Assembly (NCBI GenBank): GCA_964035545.1
Contig: OZ037765.1
Location: 22,877,504-22,941,503, forward strand
DNA from: Bugula neritina
Lineage: Eukaryota > Animalia > Bryozoa
Length of the DNA: 64,000 bases
Direction: 5' to 3'
Shown: piece after piece, positions 56,181-64,000 of the stretch
Position numbering within the stretch: the stretch's first letter is position 1
Layout of the letters: every line of letters begins with the position of its first letter
The notes under the pieces: model-generated
Databases searched by the model: none
The model's input: the letters and a program-made list of their open reading frames with translations, nothing else
Told to the model about the DNA's origin: nothing
Position numbers and translations under genes: made by a program

Positions 56181-57769
56181 TTCAAATTCAATTAAAATAA
56201 ATTGTTATTAATAATGCTAATCACTAACTTAACGAAAAAGATACCAAAAGATTTTTAAATTTTGGAGAAGGTTTTAAATTCATTTATAACCACAATGAAT
56301 ACAATCTTATTGTTATTATCCCTGTTATGGCTCATTGAGTGAGGCATTGCGATTACAGCCTATTCAATGTGTTACTATTTTCTCGCAACCATATCAACGT
56401 GTCTTATTACAAAACGTAAATCCTATCGAAAATTTTCGTGATATTGTCTCTCTATTTTTTAAACTCTTCGCTATAGTTAAGAGTAGACAACTCCATAAAA
56501 GTGATTTGACTCGCATTATTACAATACAGACTAGAAGTTCTGTGTAAAATTGTTCTCAAGATTACTACATTTTGGTGATGCTTCCCTCAATGCATTTTCT
56601 ATAACAAGAATGTGCCGGGAGGAAATGTATACATGTGTTGTATCAAGATACTCTATATTTAGTATTTTAAAGAGTGCTGACTGCTGGTGGCTCATAATAG
56701 AAGTAAACAGAGTTACGCTATATAATTATTAATAATTGTTATTAGATATTTTAGTGCATGGAAAATTACATATATTTGGCTTTACCACTTTCCACGTTGC
56801 TTTTTATTCTCATGAGCTATTTATTACAATTAAAAGTCATAGAGCCACACAATGTAACTTTTCACAAAACACCAATACCTACCATAGTAGGAAAGTTCTT
56901 ATATTTCATCATGTACATTGTATGATTATGCTCACAAGATACATTTGATAGGCTTGGAAAATTAGAAATTTGTAATATAATATGCGTTCACTTTGCATCA
57001 ATGCAGGCTCTCCTAAAAATGCAGGATGGGAGTGAGTAGAGGTGCTTGGTGGAGTTGCTAAAAAGGCTGGCTATTTAATAGTACCCAACACCAGAGAAGT
57101 TCATGGCATCAGACTGCTATATGCCTGTGAGAAAAACATACCAACAGGCAGCAGTTACTGTAAAACCAAACCAACGTGATGATTGTATGTTTTATAATTA
57201 GTATTATAATAGTTGTATTTGGTTGCCATTCTCATTGTTTTTGATATTGATGTTATCATATTATGCAATCATCAACTTTCATGAACATCCAGCCTTTATC
57301 TATAATCTCTCTCAGTAACTTTCGCACAATTATAATAACAAGGTAAGTAGGTAACAGTGCTTGTAGCTTTGAAAACCAAGACGAGCCATGGCTGACCGTA
57401 TACCAATAATATTCATATTGTTGTCGTGAATTGTTAAGTCGCTGCTTTGGGATTTCTGTTTTTGGCAAGCTCCTAGTAATATAATATTATTGAAGTTTGC
57501 GCATGGATATGACTCACCAGCCCTCATAGTAATGTTTTGACGAATCATGTGCTTCGATCTCAGATGCCGCATGCTTGTTAAAAATGTCAACACCCATCCA
57601 CATGTTTCTTTCCACAATTAGTTAATTTTATTAGGCTTAGAATAGAATATTGTTGCCAACTTGCTTGTGCAATAAAGAACAATCTTGATGCAGCACCAAT
57701 TTGGTGATATAGATTAGTCACAGCGGGAAATTTATAAAGATTAAGTAAGTAAATAGATATAATTTTAAT

Positions 57770-59115
57770 TTAGTATGACTGTATCACTATCAGTATCAGT
57801 GTATGAGTATGAGTATCACTGTACGACTACGAGTGTCACTATCAGTATGAGTATTACTTTAGTAAAAGAGTAAAGTCTAAAACTTAAACTATAAAATTAA
57901 ATATAAGTATTAACTTGAAGCCTACAGGAAGGTAAAAACATAATTGTAATAATTATATAATTATTTAATACTAATTACAGTAAATTAGTAATTAGTTAAT
58001 ACTTAAAGTTAATTAATACTAATAGTAATACTAATAGTAATTTACTAATACTAATAGTAAATCAAAATGCAATACTTGACCTTGTTTAGTCAATTTTTAT
58101 TGTTACAATTACTGACTTACTGTTAGTGATGTTACTATTACACATTGACTTACTCTTAGACTTAGAGTTAGTCTTACAGCTACTGTTAATATAACATTAA
58201 GTTTAACCTTAACTATAACTCTCCAAGTATAAGTAAAGTATAATTGTGCCAGTAGTAGTAGTACTTCACTACTACTAGTAGTAGTAGTAGTCTAGTATTA
58301 ATAATACTAATAGTATTACTATTACTGTATTAGTATTACTATTACTATTAGTATTAGTATTACTATTACTATTAGTATTAGTAATACTAATACTAATACT
58401 AATAGCATTGCTATAACTATGCCTGATTTTCTTTACTATTAGTATTAGTAGTACTATTACTATTAATTACTATTACTGTATTAGTATTACTATTACTATT
58501 AGTATTAGTATTACTATTACTATTAGTATTAGTAATACTAATACTAATACTAATAGCATTGCTATAACTATGCCTGATTTTCTTTACTATTAGTATTAGT
58601 AGTACTATTACTATTAATTACTATTACTGTATTAGTATTACTATTACTATTAGTATTAGTATTACTATTACTATTAGTATTAGTAATACTAATACTAATA
58701 CTAATAGCATTGCTATAACTATGCCTGATTTTCTTTACTATTAGTATTAGTAGTACTATTACTATTAATTACTATTACTGTATTAGTATTACTATTACTA
58801 TTAGTATTAGTATTACTATTACTATTAGTATTAGTAATACTAATACTAATACTAATAGCATTGCTATAACTATGCCTGATTTTCTTTACTATTAGTATTA
58901 GTAGTACTATTACTATTAATTACTTTTACTGTATTAGTATTGGTAAAAATGTAAATATAAGATTAAGTGTAAAGTTAACTATAAGGCTATTGTAATCTGA
59001 ATCACAATGCTATTATCATTGTGTATAGTACTATAACTATTAGTATTACTAATAGTAATAATAATAGTACTATACAAAATGCTATATAATAATAGTATTA
59101 CTATTAGTATGAGTA
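57770..59115. repeat. Degenerate period-6 tract upstream of the first ashwin coding exon
   Basis: agtatg actgtatc actatc agtatc agtgtatg agtatg agtatc act...; actatt agtatt agtaat actaat... Confidence 0.8.
58311..58940. repeat. 151-bp tandem repeat, ~4.2 near-identical copies
   Basis: The marker gcattgctataactatgcctgattttcttt recurs at 58405, 58556, 58707 and 58858 (period 151). Confidence 0.92.
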
Positions 59116-59285
59116 ATATTTATTGGTTTTTCTTTTTAGAAATGCAATTGCTATTCGTATTATCATTGCCATTGGTTTTACATTTACCAAGTTACATTTT
59201 GTATCCACTTGTTGTTAATGTAATACTAAATTAAATTATAATGTATGTAATAATTATTTCTAACCTAGGTGGCTGTAGTCTTATA

Positions 59286-60837
59286 ATGGATGGTATAGAT
59301 AATACTGTTGAATGGGAAGAGGGCTGCCTTAGCTGCAAGGGTGATGACACCAACAGTTCGGGATATCTCTTGCACCCAGAAACTATGGATACTCAAGATC
59401 TAACTAGGCTGTTGATAAAAGTAAATCAATAGCTAGAAATTCTATGTAAATTTGCTATCTGCAGGTATTCTTATGGGCATGAATTAGTGATACAAATTCA
59501 ATGAAATTCATTCTTGTGATGGTAGCGCTTTCACTTTGTAACTTTAGTTGAAGTTTTAGTGGATTTTAAGGCCAAGTTATTGGACCTATTCCAATATTTT
59601 ATTTTAAGTTGGTATACAAACGTGTGAATTTCAAAATTAAAACATGGTTTTAATGTGTGCATTTAAAATTATGTGGTTGCCCATATTTGTGATGTGTTAT
59701 AACAAAAATACCAACTAGAAAATATAGGCTATATAAGAACAAAGTTCTTGAATTTTAGCACATAGCAGTGGCATATGCATTAATGGAATTTGCAAATATT
59801 TTGACTAGAAATATTCAGGAAGTTGAATATTGGAATATTTAGGATAGCTGGATTGGTTTGAGATGTTCAATTGTCATTAAAATTAAATACAAATATGATT
59901 ATACAAATATGATTACTTTTTGCTGCATGTGAGATTATTGTTTTTAACAGCAGATTTTTGTCAACTATCTTTCCCTAAGGGAGATTACTTCAAAATTGAT
60001 AAGAAAAGTTATGATCAAGGTAATGTCACTTGTTTTTAATGAATTAACACATTTTTTACATGTTTTGCAGCGGGGCGTTGGGGTGGAGAGGCATTTTGAC
60101 AAGTATAAGTTAATAGACTTGTTCTACAAATATGTGTTGCCTTTGCCTCAGCGCAAACATAGGCCTAATAGAAAAGGTTTACTGCTAGCTCAGTCACAAC
60201 AGTTACTGGACAAGTTGAAGCTTGTTCCACTATCTACCACTAATAAGCTTATGAAAAATCATGCTGTGAAAAGGTCAGAACCATTTAGATATTTTTTCCT
60301 TATAAAAATAAGATTACTTTTACAAAGATGCAAACCTAATTTTATAAAATCAACTTTTTAGCTAAGTTATTTTCATCTCTTACTTTGGGTAGTCTATAGC
60401 TTATCTTGTTATTAAAAACATACAACAACATTGATCATGCATGTAGTCTGGACAAAATAATGTATATTGCAATCAAATCAATTTCAACCAGTTACATAAT
60501 AAATAGTCTTATATACCTCAGTCTATGTTTTGGACTTGTAAGGTGATTTTCTTTTCATAATTGCAGGAAGGCTCCAGATATTAATGATGTTCCTTTAAAG
60601 AAGCAAGGGTTAATAAATAGTCCTCTAACAAGTGACTCTAATGAAAAATTGCCGTTAAAACCTGCAGTCAACTTCAAACGAAAAGTAATTAAATTAGGTA
60701 ACAGTACCATCTCAACAGAAGTCCAACCTGTGACTACTTCTACTACTCACTCCAACTCTACAGCAGCCCAGAAACAAGTTGAGACAACAGCTGAACCACC
60801 AGAGAAAAAAGCTAGAGCAAAAATCACGTGGCCGTAA
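59286..60837 (+). CDS. C2orf49: Ashwin (tRNA-splicing ligase complex subunit, C2orf49 homolog)
   Basis: Exons 59286-59420 (LLHPETMDTQDLTRLL), 60071-60273 (LIDLFYKYVLPLPQRKHRPNRKG), 60567-60837 ending KRAKITWP-type KKARAKITWP*. The LLHPE, PLPQR and terminal TWP motifs are ashwin hallmarks. Confidence 0.9.
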
Positions 60838-62199
60838 TATTTAACATGTATTCTGCAGTAGTAGTAAAGAGCTGTTGAAGAGAAAGTAGTTTTATGATGG
60901 ACTTGTATCTGTGATCACATAGAGCATTTTTAATGGTATAGGTCAGACTTGTAATCTGCATGCAGATATGCACATTAACATAGAGCTGTAGATAATTAGT
61001 TGATCCGAATTTATAAAAGAATATTTTTATAAAATTTGTAAATAACTGTTTATATTGCTATTACAAGCTCTTTTGAGCTGTATATTAGAATATATCCTGC
61101 ATTTTAGTTGTTTCATTTGTTTAACCTGTCTTAGGTTTTGTACAAATACTCTCTATATTATGATTAATTTTATCCAGGCTTTTGACTAATATCTTTTACA
61201 GTGAGTAAATAAGCTGAATGTATTAAATTTGATTAAAATCCAATAATTTAAACAAGTATTTAAAATATGAGCAACAAAATACTATGTAAATAATCAATGT
61301 ACATACGCCAACATTCACAAAACTTGGCCCTAGTGTAGTAAATGCTTGGCAAGCATGTGCTGGGCTTAGCATTTGAAGTTCATGACAGCAGTAGCCATAT
61401 TCATTAGAATAACTTTTGTTATAGAGTAATTTTATTTTATCATAATATTTATGTAAAACAGGAAAATTTTACTTGAATAAAATCCAGGTATGAACATCAA
61501 GAGATTTAAAACAAAATTGTAGATCACAACCAAGTGGAACATGATTACACAGGTGACGCTGGAAATCCTCTGCTATGAGACTTGAGAGCTATAAAAATGT
61601 TTTGATTGCAGATAACCGCTTGAACTTATCTTATATTGTGAAAATAAGCAACAGAAAATAGTAAAAAGTAGAAAATAGAATAGTTAAAAATTAGTGAATG
61701 TTTCCAAAAAAATATTAAACCCAGTCAAATGTAACTTAAATGGCAATATTTAATTAGTAGATAGTATGTACAAGTGGTTACAATCAGTTAATTGCAAAAA
61801 TTTTACTACTACTTATTGGCTATCAATCAACACCACCGATACTTGGCAGATATTATATATAACTTAAAACTAATGATCTAAATGCTTGAAATAAAACGTT
61901 GTAAAGTTGTGTGTAAGGAATCCTTAAAACCACTGTCAAGACATTCAAACTACTATAGTAAATCATGTCACGGACATAAAATCTCTAAATTCAAATAGCA
62001 TTTCACTGCTGAAAATTTCACTTCACTGTTTCCCATTTTGTTGTTTCGTGATAATAATTAACTAACATAACTGGACGGAGAATAAAAATAACTTATGGAC
62101 GCAGGTTACTTGTTTATATGTAATCTTTTACTAATAAAATTATGATTGTACATCAAAAAAATAATTTAATAAGAAGAAAATTAGCAGTCCCTGCAACAC

Positions 62200-63033
62200 C
62201 TATGCAGACAATGCGCATTTTTTCCGAAGAGCAGTCACTTCAAATTTGCCTTCATATTTTCTCTTTATGCCTCTTGGCAGTTGCCTGCATGATTCAATAT
62301 TCAGTGTCTCTAAGTTAGGAAAGTTTTTCAACAAGGCTCTACAAGACAAACAAATGAACATGTAATTGTATAAAAGACGGTATCAACAAATGTTAGAGAT
62401 AGAGCTGGAAATGATGCACCAAAGCATTAATGTAACCTTTTAAATTTCACAGAGAGGTTTTTAAACAGTATGTCATGAATATATGGTATCGGACCAATGG
62501 ACAAAAGCTGCATACATATTAAAGCTGTTGATAAAGAAGTACTTGTGAATATATATATCTATATATAGTTGAGATTGTGTGAATCATAATTTACCGAAGT
62601 TGAAACATGACTATTGCAGTTCCTGAACAATGGAGAACTTTCAATTTTTCACCAGTTGAACCGAGCAGAGATGCCAAAATCCGGCTAAATACAGAATCAC
62701 TGCAATTTTTCAACCAAGATATATCCAACTCTTCTAGGTTTTCTACAAGCTAAGTATAACAGTGTGTTATGCATTGGTTGTTTCCATGCAGAATGATATA
62801 AATATTGTACCAGTTCAACCAGATGAAGTTTTTATTGCAAAAGTACTTTGTAGAAAAGTTTATCATCCATACCATGCTTAAATCCATTTCAATACCATTT
62901 ACAAGAGATACATCACAAAGATTCAAGGACTGCAGTTTTGGTAGAGATGGGCCTTCAAAGAGACACTGCATATGTGCCAAGTTCCAGCCACGCAAATCCA
63001 AATACTTTAGATTAGGAGAGTTTCGTAGAAAAC
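62200..63033 (-). CDS. FBXL6: 3' exons of an F-box/LRR protein, FBXL6-like; the gene continues toward or beyond the right edge
   Basis: Exons ~62873-63033 (SPNLKYLDLRG), 62595-62749 (LEELDISW...LKVLHCSGT), 62200-62338 (LETLNIESCRQLPRGIKRKYEG). The last exon matches the FBXL6 C-terminal SCRxLPRGxKRxY motif. Confidence 0.78.
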
Positions 63034-64000
63034 TAGAAAACAAAAAATTATATTATAGTAACAAAGAAAGAAAAATTTCTAGAAGAGAATGTAGTTAACA
63101 TTATAAAACTAAAAAAGCTATATAAATTAGCGTAGTTACAGCCATAGGTGATGCCCAAGTGGACATAACTGAATGCACCACTGATTGGTTTAAAACACTG
63201 TGTGCTACGTTTTCAGTAATAATAGAATAGAGGCCTGAAAAGCAATCTAACTGAGGAAAATGTCCATCACCAAAACTGCTAGACTTACTGAAAAAACACT
63301 ATTTCAGCACAGACATGTTCTTTTTGGGGTGTTTGTGTATTCAATAGGAATAGAGAAAAGCCTTATTTGACATGTGTTAAATTACATTCACAGTCGGTCC
63401 TGGGGAAAACTTTTGCTAAATTGCATGTGAACACACAATTTCCAAACTGATAAGCCAATCAGAGTAAGCCATCTTTTGGAAACAGGAATTGTTTTCCATT
63501 TAATCTCTCAATGTAGAAGTCCAGAACAGCAAGTTAATGCATGCATTACACTAATTCTCCTCACATCAACCATTATTTTTACAATTTGAAGATGCATCAA
63601 ATAATTTGTGAACTTGATTCAAATAATTTAAAATAGTGTACTGAGTTTGTGTTTGCGTCTTATTAAACTTTTTATTGACACCGGGGCTGAAAAAATATCA
63701 AATTGCAAACCATCAATGGGAGTTGTCTCCTTATAAGATATATAAATGAAGCTATAAAGAAAGAATGTGTTAACAAATAACATGAGAGTTCAAGATATAA
63801 AGAATTGCATTATAATGCAATTCCATTATAACTTTGTACAGTTGATTAAATTTTATACACCGCAATTTCCAAAAAAATTCATATATAATATTATTTATAA
63901 TTATGTCTGTCACATTAGTACATACATACATATTTTACACAAACTTTAAAATAAAATGTTAATATCACAACTCTGAAGTATGTTTGTTGCCACTTTGTAT

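Noticed and set aside
56985-57620. Possible decayed hAT transposase (TSMRHLRSKH BED-like; ATPPST..SER; IQPLSII..FR)
   Set aside because: The motifs are short and lie on conflicting strands, and no TIR/TSD was found.
58311-58940. CRISPR-like array
   Set aside because: The units are near-identical end to end with no unique spacers, no cas genes are present, and the context is eukaryotic.
296-63949. Most remaining short ORFs in the supplied track (e.g. 296-487, 1588-1818, 44324-44575, 45840-46145)
   Set aside because: They are intronic or antisense AT-rich chance ORFs without recognisable motifs.

Overview
This is AT-rich, intron-containing eukaryotic DNA, most likely from an invertebrate animal; the species cannot be determined from sequence alone. 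All gene models were spliced by hand at GT..AG boundaries. Gene order, left to right: (1) a MAGUK p55-family gene (MPP7-like, minus strand, running off the left edge), head-to-head with (2) mitochondrial EF-Tu; (3) Nup107, with a nested SINE/hAT/MITE stack in one intron; (4) a CARD + Death + TRADD-N-like adaptor gene; (5, 6) two tandem minus-strand paralogs encoding Macro-like domain + TIR + TIR + degenerate TIR + C-terminal CaaX; (7) ashwin; (8) the 3' end of an FBXL6-like gene. The best candidate for an undescribed system is the ~25 kb immune island at 30.1-55.1 kb. It holds two predicted membrane-anchored (prenylated) Macro-TIR fusion proteins, which combine the two Thoeris-type modules (TIR signal generator, Macro ADP-ribose sensor) in one polypeptide. 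They lie tail-to-tail with the death-fold adaptor. The paralogs show patchy gene conversion over the catalytic TIR exons, a precise intron presence/absence difference, and a stop-containing cassette exon. A second notable pattern is long degenerate period-6 (A[CG]T-NNN)n tracts located just downstream of the apparent promoters (first introns) of four genes.
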